Shown: positions 27,964 through 36,786 of the stretch, in pieces | Layout of the letters: each line of letters starts with the position of its first letter | Numbering within the stretch: position 1 is the stretch's first letter | Assembly (NCBI GenBank): GCA_009781755.1 | Contig: WQVD01000003.1 | Location: forward strand, 53,348 to 117,347 | Origin: Defluviitaleaceae bacterium | GTDB lineage: Bacteria; Bacillota; Clostridia; Lachnospirales; WQUN01 | Length of the DNA stretch: 64,000 nt | Direction: 5' to 3' | The notes under the pieces: generated by a model | Told to the model about the DNA's origin: nothing | The model's input: only the letters and a program-made list of their open reading frames with translations | The model's database searches: none | Program-made: the position numbers and the translations under genes

Positions 27964-28623
27964 TTACTGCGGCAGCAATATTTCCGTTGTGAATACGCCA
28001 TCCTCGCTGGCACGGCGGATGTAGCCGCTGTACCGTGCTACGATGTGATCGATGCGTGCCAAACCGAAGCCGTGGCCGTCGCCTTTGCTGCTGGCATAGC
28101 GTCCGTTTTGTATCTTGCCTGCGGAAGTGGCGTTGGTGACGGAAATGTAGAGTTGCGTATTTTTCATTTCCATGAAGATGCGGATGATGCGCTCACTTGG
28201 GGGGAGGGAGGTGCTGGCTTCTACGGCGTTGTCCAATAAGTTGCCCAAGATGATGCACAGGTCGATTTGCGAAGTGGTGAGTTCGACGGCTACATTTACG
28301 TCGGCAATGATGGTGATTTCCTTGGCGGCGGCTAACGATATTTTGCTGTTGAGTATGGCATCGGCCATTTTGTTGCCCGTTTTGAGGGTGTTTTCCACCG
28401 CGATGAGATCGGCGTCCAGTGCGTCGATGTAACGGGTGATGGCCTCGCGGTCGTCGTTTTGTGCGAGGGCTTTGAGCGTGGCCAAGTGGTTGCGGTAATC
28501 GTGCCGCCAACCGCGCATCTGGTTGTACATATTTTCTACTTCTATGGCATGGATGGCTAGCACGCGTTGTTGATATGCGGCGATGCGGCGGTCAATCCAC
28601 TTGGCAAGCAACCGCGCTATCAT
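27964..28623 (-). CDS. AgrC/HPK10-type GHKL histidine kinase core without any transmembrane sensor domain
   Basis: 219 aa. The H-box is GWRHDYRNHL, the N-box ILGNLLDNAVEA and the G-box GDGHGFGLARI. There is no hydrophobic segment. The start overlaps the regulator stop (ATGA). Confidence 0.8.
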   Translation of the reverse strand: MIARLLAKWIDRRIAAYQQRVLAIHAIEVENMYNQMRGWRHDYRNHLATLKALAQNDDREAITRYIDALDADLIAVENTLKTGNKMADAILNSKISLAAAKEITIIADVNVAVELTTSQIDLCIILGNLLDNAVEASTSLPPSERIIRIFMEMKNTQLYISVTNATSAGKIQNGRYASSKGDGHGFGLARIDHIVARYSGYIRRASEDGVFTTEILLPQ

Positions 28624-29327
28624 AAACGTTGGATGATGGCGCGGTTGAGCGTGTCATACGCGCCGCGCGGCAAGGGGATGACCGCACCGCATCGCAAATG
28701 CACGTCAGTACGTGTAGTCTTGGCCACGCCGTTCAAGTTGATGATAAATGACCGCCCCACACGGAAAAAGCGCGGGTCGTCCGCGAGTTGTTTTTCCAAT
28801 TCGCCCAGCGTGGTTTTGACGGTAAATTTGTTGTCGGCGTGGATGGTTACGTGGTTGTGCCGCACTTCCATGTAACGGATCGCGTACAGCGGCAAACGCG
28901 TAGAAGTGCCTCCGTGTTGTACGAATATCACGCGCTCCGCCAATGCCAGCTTCTCCCGCGCGCGGTCAAGCACGGCGAATAACTTCTCTGCTGTAGCGGG
29001 CTTGATGAGGTAGTGCAAGGCCTCCACTTCATATCCATCGGCAATATATTCTGTATAGCCGGTGACAAAGATGATTTGTGCTTCTTTGTTAGTGGATCGA
29101 ATTTTACGCGCCAGCGTCACGCCGTCCATCGCACCCATTTGTACGTCCAATAAAAAAATATCCGCGGTTTTGCATGTAGCATGCTCCACGGAAAATAAAT
29201 ATTGTTCTGCGTTTTCATATTGCGTGAAAGAAACATCTATCGCATTTTCGCGCGCCCAACGTTGCGTCAACGATAGTAAATGTTGGCGCGGCGCGGCTTC
29301 GTCATCGCAAATGATAATGTTTATCAT
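28620..29327 (-). CDS. LytR/AlgR family response regulator (REC plus LytTR)
   Basis: The N-terminus MINIIICDDE has receiver-domain acidic residues. The C-terminal LytTR region reads MEVRHNHVTIHADNKFTVKTTLGELEKQL...FFRVGRSFIINL. Confidence 0.9.
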   Translation of the reverse strand: MINIIICDDEAAPRQHLLSLTQRWARENAIDVSFTQYENAEQYLFSVEHATCKTADIFLLDVQMGAMDGVTLARKIRSTNKEAQIIFVTGYTEYIADGYEVEALHYLIKPATAEKLFAVLDRAREKLALAERVIFVQHGGTSTRLPLYAIRYMEVRHNHVTIHADNKFTVKTTLGELEKQLADDPRFFRVGRSFIINLNGVAKTTRTDVHLRCGAVIPLPRGAYDTLNRAIIQRL

Positions 29328-29366
29328 GCAATCTCATCCCTAGTTTAATTGCTCATTTCATTGTTA

Positions 29367-30035
29367 TTATACATGTTGTACGATCAAAGGCATAACAATC
29401 CAATACAATCCATGCGCCAAACTTACCGATACCAATGTGCAGTTTTTAATATAAAATCTGGCAGATGAGTATAGCAACCCTATCAAAACGCAAAAAATCA
29501 TGTTGCCGATTAAAGCCCAATGGTATGCCCCCATCAGTTCAATGCGGAAATGCATTAATCCAAATAAGAGCGAAGATAATAATATTGTGATTAATTTGTT
29601 TTGAGTATCTTTGTACAATTTGTCAAATATAAAACCTCTGAAAAACCATTCTTCGCCAAAGCCAATAATAAATAACGCATATATAATGTTTTGTCCGGAT
29701 GGGCCATAATTGCGCAAAGATTCAAGATATGTCATGTTTAAATAAAGCGAATAAAAAATATTTAAAAACGATGCCAATAATATTGTGCATAAACACAAAG
29801 CAATGCCTACATAAAATTGCGAAAGCAACGGCTTATTCTGTGTCAAAGCGATTGTGAAAGGTGTTTTTTGTTTGTAATAGTATATGACCGGGATTCCTAA
29901 CAACCAATATAATGGGATTAAAGATGACAATCCTTCAGAGACATGCGACAAAATATAAATCATCACAGTAAAAAATGTTACTGTTAAACAAGATGTTATT
30001 TTTATACGGTGGTTATCCTTCACCACCGGCTTCAT
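29367..30035 (-). CDS. CPBP family intramembrane glutamic endopeptidase (CAAX/Abi-like)
   Basis: The motifs are GFGEEWFFRGF, LFGLMHF and SLAHGLYW. It is polytopic and AT-rich. The start is uncertain (GTG 30053, ATG 30035 or ATG 29963) and the 5' end overlaps the smc 3' end. Confidence 0.75.
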   Translation of the reverse strand: MKPVVKDNHRIKITSCLTVTFFTVMIYILSHVSEGLSSLIPLYWLLGIPVIYYYKQKTPFTIALTQNKPLLSQFYVGIALCLCTILLASFLNIFYSLYLNMTYLESLRNYGPSGQNIIYALFIIGFGEEWFFRGFIFDKLYKDTQNKLITILLSSLLFGLMHFRIELMGAYHWALIGNMIFCVLIGLLYSSARFYIKNCTLVSVSLAHGLYWIVMPLIVQHV

Positions 30036-33000
30036 CCTCCGTAAAACGCACACTTACCAGCTTGCTAACGCCCTGCTCCTGCATGGTCACGCCATACAAT
30101 TGATCCGCAGCCTCCATCGTGCCTTTGCGGTGGGTAATGATGATGAATTGGGTGCCGTCGGTATATTGTTTGAGGAATTGGGCGAATCGGGCTACGTTGG
30201 CATCGTCCAGTGCGGACTCGATTTCGTCTAGGACGCAGAAGGGCGATGGCTTCATGCGCAAGATGGCGAAGAGTAAGGCGATGGCGGTGAGTGCGCGTTC
30301 GCCGCCGGACAGGAGCATGAGGGTTTGAAGGGATTTACCCGGAGGTTGGGCGGTGATTTCGATGCCGGCTTCAAGGACGCTTTCTGCATCGGTCAGGCGC
30401 AGGGATGCGGTGCCGCCGCCAAACATTTCGCGGAATACCTCGTTGAAATGCTTGGCGATTTCGGTGAAGTGGGTGAGGAATTGTTGCTCCATTTGCTCGG
30501 TAAGGGTGGCGATGAGTTCCTTGAGGGCTTCTTCGGCTTGGAGGATATCGTCATGTTGTGTGGTGAGGAAGTCGTGGCGGGTTTTCATGGCTTTGTATGC
30601 TTCGATAGCGCCGATGTTAACGTCGGACAGTTGGGCGAGTTCGGCACGGAGTTGCTGGCCTTCGCGGCGTAGGGCGGTTTCGTTGATATCCTCGCGCTTA
30701 TGTGCCAGGGCTTGGGAATGGGTGAGTTCGTATTCGTCCCACATTTCGTTGTGCAGGCGTTGCATGTTGGTGGCGAGATGTTCCTTGCGCATTTCTAAGC
30801 GCGTTAATTCTTTTTCAATGTGCGAGGCTTCGTCGGTTTGGTTGCGCTCGTCGGCCTCGACTTTGGCGATGGCTTCGTCGAGTTGCGCTTTGGTGGTTTC
30901 GGCCTGCGTGAGTGCTTCGCGAGTGGTGTTTTGTTGGGATTGGAGGGTTTCCAACTCAGCGGAAAGGGTGGCGAGGTTGGCCTCGACTTCACGCATGGAT
31001 TGTTGCGCTTTGTCGATTTCGGTGAAGAGAATACGTTTTTCTTCCTCTAGAATCGTTTTCTCGCGCTCGATGCGGGTGATGTTGTTTGTGGCGGCGGTTT
31101 GGAGCTCCGTTTGACGGCCGATTTCTACGCGCAATTCGGTTACGATGTCTGATTCTTCGTGGTGGGCCATGCGCTTTTCGACGAGTTCGCGTTGGTAGGC
31201 CTCTAGGCGGGCTTGCGCGGCGATTACGGCGTTTTCTTGCTCGGCTTGTGCGGCTTTGGCTTGGCGGATGTTTTGGTTGGTTTCGATGAGTTGCGCCATG
31301 ATGGCGTCGTTCTGCGTGGCGAGGGTTTCGAGGGATTTGCGTAGGGTTTCCAATCCGTGGGCGACAAGCTCGTTGCGCTCTTTCGCGGTTTGCGCCTCTA
31401 AGTGCAGTGTTTGTGCGCGAGAGCGTGCGCGGTGTAGGGCTTCGTCTGTGGCGGCGCATTTTTCGCTTTGGGATTTGTATTTTTCGGATAAGGATTTGTA
31501 AGATTTTTCCAACTTGACGATTTGCTCGGCAAGTTCGCTTAGCTGACGTGGGCGGCCGATTAGCCCGCCTGCGCCGCGCCCCATGCTGCCGCCGGTCATG
31601 GCGCCGCCGGGCGATAAGCGTTCGCCCTCCAACGTCACCAATTTATACGAGTAATGAAATTTTCGGTGGATGGCCGACGCGTTGTCGAGGTTGTCCACGA
31701 TGACGATATCGCCTAGTAGTTGTGCAAAAACGTTGTCGTATGCCGCGTCGTGGTTCACCAAATCGGCGGCGTTGCCAAGGTAGCCGGGTTCGCGGGCTAA
31801 TCGGGCGGTGTCCATGATTTTGCCCGTGACGGCTGTTAACGGCAGGAAAGTGGCGCGGCCTTCGTTGGTGCGCTTTAAATGCTCGATGGCGCGTTTTGCG
31901 TCGTCCTCGGTGCGGGTTATGATGTTTTGTGCGGCATTGCCCAGCGCAATTTCGATGGCCACTTCGTAGCCGTCGGGCACGCCCACCAATTCGCCCACCG
32001 CGCCGCAGATGCCGCTAAAATTGCGGTCGGTTTCTGCCAAGCGCAAAATGGACTTGACGCTGCGGTGATAACCTTCGTATTGGTTGTGCAAGTCCTCGAT
32101 GGCGCGGTGCTTGCTGCGTGCAGTGCCCAAAGCCTCCTGCGCGGTGTGGTAGTCCGTTTCGATGCCGGTCATGTCGCGGTTGAGCGTGTCCAGCGCATTG
32201 GTGAAGGCTGCGACTTGCTCGTTGGCTCTGGCGGCTTCTTGCGATTTGGCTGCGTGTAGTGCTTCCAATTCGCGCAATACGGCTTCTTGCGCTTCTTGCT
32301 TTTCATCGGTTTGTTCAATGTCTTCGTCGAGTTTTTCTTTGTCCTCTTCCAAGCGGATGTAACGGTTTTCCATATCCAGGACGATGGCTTTGTGCTCGGC
32401 CACGGCGTTGCCTTGCGCCAGAATGTCGGCGTTCAATGCGGCTAGTTCTTGCGCATTTTCTTCTTCTTCGGCTTCGTACACGGCGTTGCGGTCGGCATGT
32501 TCGGAGAGTTGCACTGTTAGCGTTTCCAGCGATTGACGCGCGGTTTCGCGGTTGACTTCTTCTTGTATACGTTCATTTTCACGCTCGGTTAATTGTAAGT
32601 CACGGCGATCAATTTCTCCGCGCAGGCGAATTTGTTCGTTGGTCAGTTGGTGGCAATTTGCCACCAACTGATTTTTCTCGCCGATTTTGCGCTCGATTGA
32701 TGCGGTGGTTTCCAGCATGGTTTCGTTGGCGCGGCGATAGCTTATATCGGCTTCGGCGACTTGGGCTTTCAACTTCTCTTCGGCTTCTCGCGCCAGGGTC
32801 AGACGCTCGCGTCCGTCGGCGGATTGCAACAGCGCGTTAACCAAAGTTTCTTCTGTTTTGGCAAGGTCGGCCTCGTTGCGCTGGACTTCGTTCAAAAACA
32901 AATTGATATGTACGTCTTTGTATTGGTCGCGCAATGCCAAATACCTGCGGGCGGCTTCAGATTGCTCGGCCAGCGGTTCGAGTTGCTCGTCCAATTCGGC

Positions 33001-33588
33001 GATGATGTCGTATACGCGTTCGCGATTTTGCGCTTCACGGTTAAGGCGAAGCAACGTTTCGTGCCGCCGCGCTTTAAATTTACTAATGCCCGCCGCCTCT
33101 TCAAATATATGGCGGCGATCTTCGGATTTGGCAGAAAGAATTTCATCCACGCGGCCTTGCCCGATGATGGAATAACCATCGCGCCCGATGCCCGTATCCA
33201 TAAACAATTGTTGGATATCTTTCAAGCGGCAGGGGGTGCCGTTGATGGCGAATTCACTTTCGCCCGAGCGGTACACGCGGCGCGTTACCACGACTTCGGG
33301 TGTGCCGGGGTCGGGCAGGGCGTTATCCGTGTTATCGATACGCATGACAATTTCCGCAAACCCCTGGGGCTTGCGGTGTGCCGTACCTGCAAAAATAATA
33401 TCTTCCATTTTGGTGCCGCGCAGTTGCTTGGCGGATTGTTCGCCCAGTACCCAACGCAACGCGTCTGCAATATTGGACTTGCCGCTGCCGTTAGGGCCAA
33501 CGACGGCATTAAGCCCCGCACCAAAATTAAGCTGCGTGCGTTCAGAAAAGGATTTGAAACCAAGAAGCTCAAGTCGTTTAAGATACAA
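30013..33588 (-). CDS. smc: chromosome segregation protein SMC
   Basis: About 1190 aa. The N-terminus is LKRLELLGFKSF with Walker A GPNGSGKSN. It has long coiled coils and a hinge. The signature is LSGGERALTA and Walker B FCVLDEIESALD. The start is TTG 33588 or TTG 33603. Confidence 0.95.
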   Translation of the reverse strand: MYLKRLELLGFKSFSERTQLNFGAGLNAVVGPNGSGKSNIADALRWVLGEQSAKQLRGTKMEDIIFAGTAHRKPQGFAEIVMRIDNTDNALPDPGTPEVVVTRRVYRSGESEFAINGTPCRLKDIQQLFMDTGIGRDGYSIIGQGRVDEILSAKSEDRRHIFEEAAGISKFKARRHETLLRLNREAQNRERVYDIIAELDEQLEPLAEQSEAARRYLALRDQYKDVHINLFLNEVQRNEADLAKTEETLVNALLQSADGRERLTLAREAEEKLKAQVAEADISYRRANETMLETTASIERKIGEKNQLVANCHQLTNEQIRLRGEIDRRDLQLTERENERIQEEVNRETARQSLETLTVQLSEHADRNAVYEAEEEENAQELAALNADILAQGNAVAEHKAIVLDMENRYIRLEEDKEKLDEDIEQTDEKQEAQEAVLRELEALHAAKSQEAARANEQVAAFTNALDTLNRDMTGIETDYHTAQEALGTARSKHRAIEDLHNQYEGYHRSVKSILRLAETDRNFSGICGAVGELVGVPDGYEVAIEIALGNAAQNIITRTEDDAKRAIEHLKRTNEGRATFLPLTAVTGKIMDTARLAREPGYLGNAADLVNHDAAYDNVFAQLLGDIVIVDNLDNASAIHRKFHYSYKLVTLEGERLSPGGAMTGGSMGRGAGGLIGRPRQLSELAEQIVKLEKSYKSLSEKYKSQSEKCAATDEALHRARSRAQTLHLEAQTAKERNELVAHGLETLRKSLETLATQNDAIMAQLIETNQNIRQAKAAQAEQENAVIAAQARLEAYQRELVEKRMAHHEESDIVTELRVEIGRQTELQTAATNNITRIEREKTILEEEKRILFTEIDKAQQSMREVEANLATLSAELETLQSQQNTTREALTQAETTKAQLDEAIAKVEADERNQTDEASHIEKELTRLEMRKEHLATNMQRLHNEMWDEYELTHSQALAHKREDINETALRREGQQLRAELAQLSDVNIGAIEAYKAMKTRHDFLTTQHDDILQAEEALKELIATLTEQMEQQFLTHFTEIAKHFNEVFREMFGGGTASLRLTDAESVLEAGIEITAQPPGKSLQTLMLLSGGERALTAIALLFAILRMKPSPFCVLDEIESALDDANVARFAQFLKQYTDGTQFIIITHRKGTMEAADQLYGVTMQEQGVSKLVSVRFTEDEAGGEG

Positions 33589-33646
33589 ATCAAAACGCCC
33601 CAAAAAGCGAAAAAATCGCTCAAAGTATGTACTCCGCGGAGGATTA

Positions 33647-33655
33647 TGCTATAAT
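33647..33655 (+). promoter_or_regulatory. extended -10 promoter element upstream of the P-loop/darA/holB/ricT operon
   Basis: TGCTATAAT. No good -35 is visible. Confidence 0.4.
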
Positions 33656-33696
33656 GCTCAACAATAGGCAAGTATTTTTCCTTGTGGAGGTACAAA

Positions 33697-34110
33697 ATGA
33701 TTAAATTTATGGCAGGCCAAAAAGGCCAGGGCAAAACCCGCAAAATCATAGAAATGGCAAACGAAGCCATCAAATCCGCCGATGGACACTTGGTTTTCAT
33801 CGACGATGACCGTCGCCACACACGCGATATCGACCGAGACATCCGCTTTGTAGAGTCCGGTAAGCATATACTTTCCAATTACCGCGAATTCATCGGTTTC
33901 GTCCGCGGCATCTTATCGCAAAATTCAGACATTGAGCATATATATGTAGATGGCCTGTGTAACATAATCAAAACGCTGGATAACGAAGCGTTGTTAAAAC
34001 TCACCAAAAAACTGGAGATGATTTCCACGATCGACCATGTTGAATTTACTATTAGCGTCAACATGGAGCCCGAAGATTTGCCCGAAGAAATCCGCACGAT
34101 GTTGTTATAG
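33697..34110 (+). CDS. small hypothetical protein with a Walker-A-like GQKGQGKT motif
   Basis: The ATG at 33697 lies 7 nt after GGAGG. Length is 137 aa. It occupies the slot upstream of darA, where tmk is often found, but it is too short and too dissimilar to be Tmk. Confidence 0.6.
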   Translation: MIKFMAGQKGQGKTRKIIEMANEAIKSADGHLVFIDDDRRHTRDIDRDIRFVESGKHILSNYREFIGFVRGILSQNSDIEHIYVDGLCNIIKTLDNEALLKLTKKLEMISTIDHVEFTISVNMEPEDLPEEIRTMLL

Positions 34111-34124
34111 AAAGGACGATTTCT

Positions 34125-34463
34125 ATGAAACTAGACAAATTGGTAATGGCCATCATCCAAGACGAAGATGCGTTTCATTTGATGGATTTGCTCAACGCGA
34201 AGGGTTTTAGCGTCACCAAGCTGGCGTCTACGGGCGGCTTCCTGCGTGCGGGCAACACTACTTTCATCTGCGGCGTATCTGAAGAGCGCCTGCCCGAATT
34301 CATCGACATCATCGAAAAGAAATGCAAATCCCGCCGCCAAATCACCTCGGTGAATGCCATGAACGTCAACGCCAACGAAAGCTTCGCCCCGTATCCGGTG
34401 GAAGTCACCGTGGGCGGCGCCAATATCTTCATCCTCAATATCGAAGAATTCAGAAAAGTATAA
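34125..34463 (+). CDS. darA: PII-like cyclic-di-AMP receptor (DarA/PstA, DUF970)
   Basis: 112 aa. The sequence is MKLDKLVMAIIQDEDA...KLASTGGFLRAGNTTF. It has conserved synteny with holB and yaaT. Confidence 0.8.
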   Translation: MKLDKLVMAIIQDEDAFHLMDLLNAKGFSVTKLASTGGFLRAGNTTFICGVSEERLPEFIDIIEKKCKSRRQITSVNAMNVNANESFAPYPVEVTVGGANIFILNIEEFRKV

Positions 34464-34469
34464 TTTGTG

Positions 34470-35246
34470 ATGCGCGTCGCGACCGGCCGCGTGGGCCATG
34501 CCTATTTAATGGAAGGCCGCACGGGGCTATTGGAAGCCGCCAATGCATTCGCCAAAGCGTTAAATTGCTTGAACGGCGGCGAAGTGGCATGCGACACATG
34601 TATATCGTGCCGCGTGCTGGATTCGGGCAATCACCCCGATACCTTCTATGTAACGGCGACCAAAACCATTGCCATTGGTGTTGAAGACGTGCGCCATCAA
34701 GTCGTGGCGGAAATGGCAACGCGCCCATTCCGTTACAAATATAAAGTATTCATCATCGACAAAGCCGAAACCATGACCCCTGCGGCGCAGAATGCGCTCC
34801 TCAAAACCATCGAGGAACCCGCGCCGTATGGGGTTTTTTTGTTACTGACCAAAGAATTGGAACTAATGTTAGAAACAGTACTTTCACGCTGCGTGATCAT
34901 AAAAGTGAATGAAAACGGCCAACCCGGCGCATTACAACGTGAAACCGATGAAGCGCACATGGCACTGGCGCAAGAGGTAATCGAGAACGCACACAAACTT
35001 GACATCTTGGGTGCGCTGATGTTATACAAAAAATTTGAACCGCTCAAAGAGTCCAAGGAGTCGGCAGTGGCATTATTGGACATGCTATATGAACGCTACG
35101 GCACCCTCGTGCGGCAAACACAAGCGGAATATGCCTTTCGCGCCACACGTGCCATCACCCAAACGAAGGATTTACTTTCCCAAAACGGGAATTATCAATT
35201 AGCAATCGAAATCATGCTGTTAAAGATAGGAGCACACATACAATGA
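34470..35246 (+). CDS. holB: DNA polymerase III subunit delta prime (short N-terminus)
   Basis: It contains HAYLMEG, the Zn module CLNGGEVACDTCISCR, and NALLKTIEEP. The start is ATG 34470 or GTG 34467, just after an in-frame TAA. Confidence 0.8.
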   Translation: MRVATGRVGHAYLMEGRTGLLEAANAFAKALNCLNGGEVACDTCISCRVLDSGNHPDTFYVTATKTIAIGVEDVRHQVVAEMATRPFRYKYKVFIIDKAETMTPAAQNALLKTIEEPAPYGVFLLLTKELELMLETVLSRCVIIKVNENGQPGALQRETDEAHMALAQEVIENAHKLDILGALMLYKKFEPLKESKESAVALLDMLYERYGTLVRQTQAEYAFRATRAITQTKDLLSQNGNYQLAIEIMLLKIGAHIQ

Positions 35247-36157
35247 TTATCATCGGTGTACGATTTAAAGACGTTGGGCGTATTTATTACTTTGATCCGG
35301 GCGATTTTGACCCACCGCAGGGGTCGGCGGTTATCGTAGAAACGGTGCGCGGCGCAGAATTTGGCTACGTGTCATTAACGCGGCGCGAGGAAGATGTGAG
35401 TAACCTACAGCAACCCATTCGCAAGGTGCTGCGCTTGGCCACCCCCGACGACGAAGTGCAAGAAGTCGCCAACCGCCAAAAAGAAGCCGAAGCACGCGAT
35501 ACCTGCCAAGAAAAAATAAAGGCGCATGGTTTGGATATGCACCTGGTAGATGTAGAGCTCACTTTTGACTTAAGCAAAATCATCTTCTATTTCACGGCCG
35601 ATGGGCGCGTTGACTTCCGCGAATTGGTCAAAGACTTGGCAGCGACCTTTCGCACGCGTATTGAGCTACGGCAAATTGGCGTGCGTGACGAAGCCAAAAT
35701 CATCAATGGTGTAGGCATCTGCGGGCGCAACATTTGTTGCGCGGCGTTCTTGGATGAGTTTCAACCCGTAAGCGTCAAGACCGCCAAAGATCAAGGTTTG
35801 GGGCTTAACCCCACTAAAATATCCGGTGTATGCGGCAAGCTCATGTGTTGCCTCAAATACGAAGAAGAAACCTACACGCACTTAAATAAAAACCTGCCCA
35901 ATGTAGGCGAGCGTGTAACTACACCGGATGGAGAGGGCGATGTAGTGTCCGTTCAAGTCCTGCGCCAAACCGTAAAAGTCGCCGTCAAGAAAAAAACCGG
36001 TGACGGCATCGAAATGAACTTTTACCCGGTGGCGGATATAGAATCGACGCGCAAACGCGGGCAGGAGCCAAAGCAAGGGAGCGACCCGGCGCACGGCCAC
36101 TGCGGCAAAGGATGCGGTTGCGGCGGATGTGGTAAAAAAAATAATAAACAAAAATAA
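35243..36157 (+). CDS. ricT: PSP1-domain protein (YaaT/RicT family)
   Basis: The PSP1-type sequence is MIIIGVRFKDVGRIYYFDPG...CGRNICCAAFL...CGKLMCCLKYE. It has a Cys/Gly-rich tail. It overlaps holB by 4 nt. Confidence 0.85.
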   Translation: MIIIGVRFKDVGRIYYFDPGDFDPPQGSAVIVETVRGAEFGYVSLTRREEDVSNLQQPIRKVLRLATPDDEVQEVANRQKEAEARDTCQEKIKAHGLDMHLVDVELTFDLSKIIFYFTADGRVDFRELVKDLAATFRTRIELRQIGVRDEAKIINGVGICGRNICCAAFLDEFQPVSVKTAKDQGLGLNPTKISGVCGKLMCCLKYEEETYTHLNKNLPNVGERVTTPDGEGDVVSVQVLRQTVKVAVKKKTGDGIEMNFYPVADIESTRKRGQEPKQGSDPAHGHCGKGCGCGGCGKKNNKQK

Positions 36158-36171
36158 TTTTTACATTGTGC

Positions 36172-36205
36172 AAAAAGGCCGGGGTATGATGCCCCGGCCT
36201 TTTTT
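36172..36205. terminator. bidirectional intrinsic terminator
   Basis: AAAAAGGCCGGGG, a loop, then CCCCGGCCTTTTTT. Confidence 0.8.
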
Positions 36206-36665
36206 ATATCACTTTTGCCATAAACAAACACGGATTGCCTGCATCCCACAACAGCGGGAATGTTTCCAACGGTTTGAACCCCATGGCCTCATAAAAAAAG
36301 CGTGTGCGCTTGTAATACGGGTCGGGATTGGTTTCGTCCAGGGTCTTGACGGTCAGGAACATCATGCTCCGTTGACGGCAATATTCTTCGCATGCTTCAA
36401 TTAATAAGCGCCCAAGCCCCTTGCGGTGGTAGTTTTCCAATAGCCCCATTACATATATTTCTGCTGTATAAGCGTTGTGCGGTTTAATCGATACAAACCC
36501 CACGGGCTCGTCTTCGTCATACACTAAGTAAAACGGTTTGTCCTGCACACCGGTAATGTAGTCGGCAGTGGACTCCGGAATGCCGAACCAATTGGGTAAT
36601 GCGGTCAAAACTGATTGACAAATTTGGGCTTTTTCGTGTGAAGCAGTAATTTCGCGGACGGTCAT
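36204..36665 (-). CDS. GNAT family N-acetyltransferase
   Basis: 153 aa with the acetyl-CoA motif YHRKGLGRLLIEACEEY. Confidence 0.85.
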   Translation of the reverse strand: MTVREITASHEKAQICQSVLTALPNWFGIPESTADYITGVQDKPFYLVYDEDEPVGFVSIKPHNAYTAEIYVMGLLENYHRKGLGRLLIEACEEYCRQRSMMFLTVKTLDETNPDPYYKRTRFFYEAMGFKPLETFPLLWDAGNPCLFMAKVI

Positions 36666-36720
36666 GCAGTGACTCCTTTGTTTTTATTGTAATTATACCA
36701 TACCGCATTGCGATGAATTC

Positions 36721-36760
36721 AAAAAAGCCAGTTGGTGGCAACATTGCCACCAACTGGCTT
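36721..36760 (-). terminator. intrinsic terminator after the aminopeptidase gene
   Basis: GCCAGTTGGTGGCA, a loop, then TGCCACCAACTGGC, followed by TTTTTT on the minus strand. Confidence 0.75.
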
Positions 36761-36786
36761 TCTTATAAATTGTTGTTGACTGTTAT

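Noticed and set aside
30013-33603. The SMC gene as part of an SMC-based defence system (Wadjet/Lamassu-like).
   Set aside because: It has canonical SMC length, hinge and head motifs. It sits in a housekeeping context, and no JetABCD/LmuAB-type partner genes are adjacent.
34467-35246. holB as a 5'-truncated pseudogene.
   Set aside because: All downstream motifs are intact and the ORF is uninterrupted. It is translationally linked to yaaT. No remnant of an N-terminal segment is found in other frames upstream.
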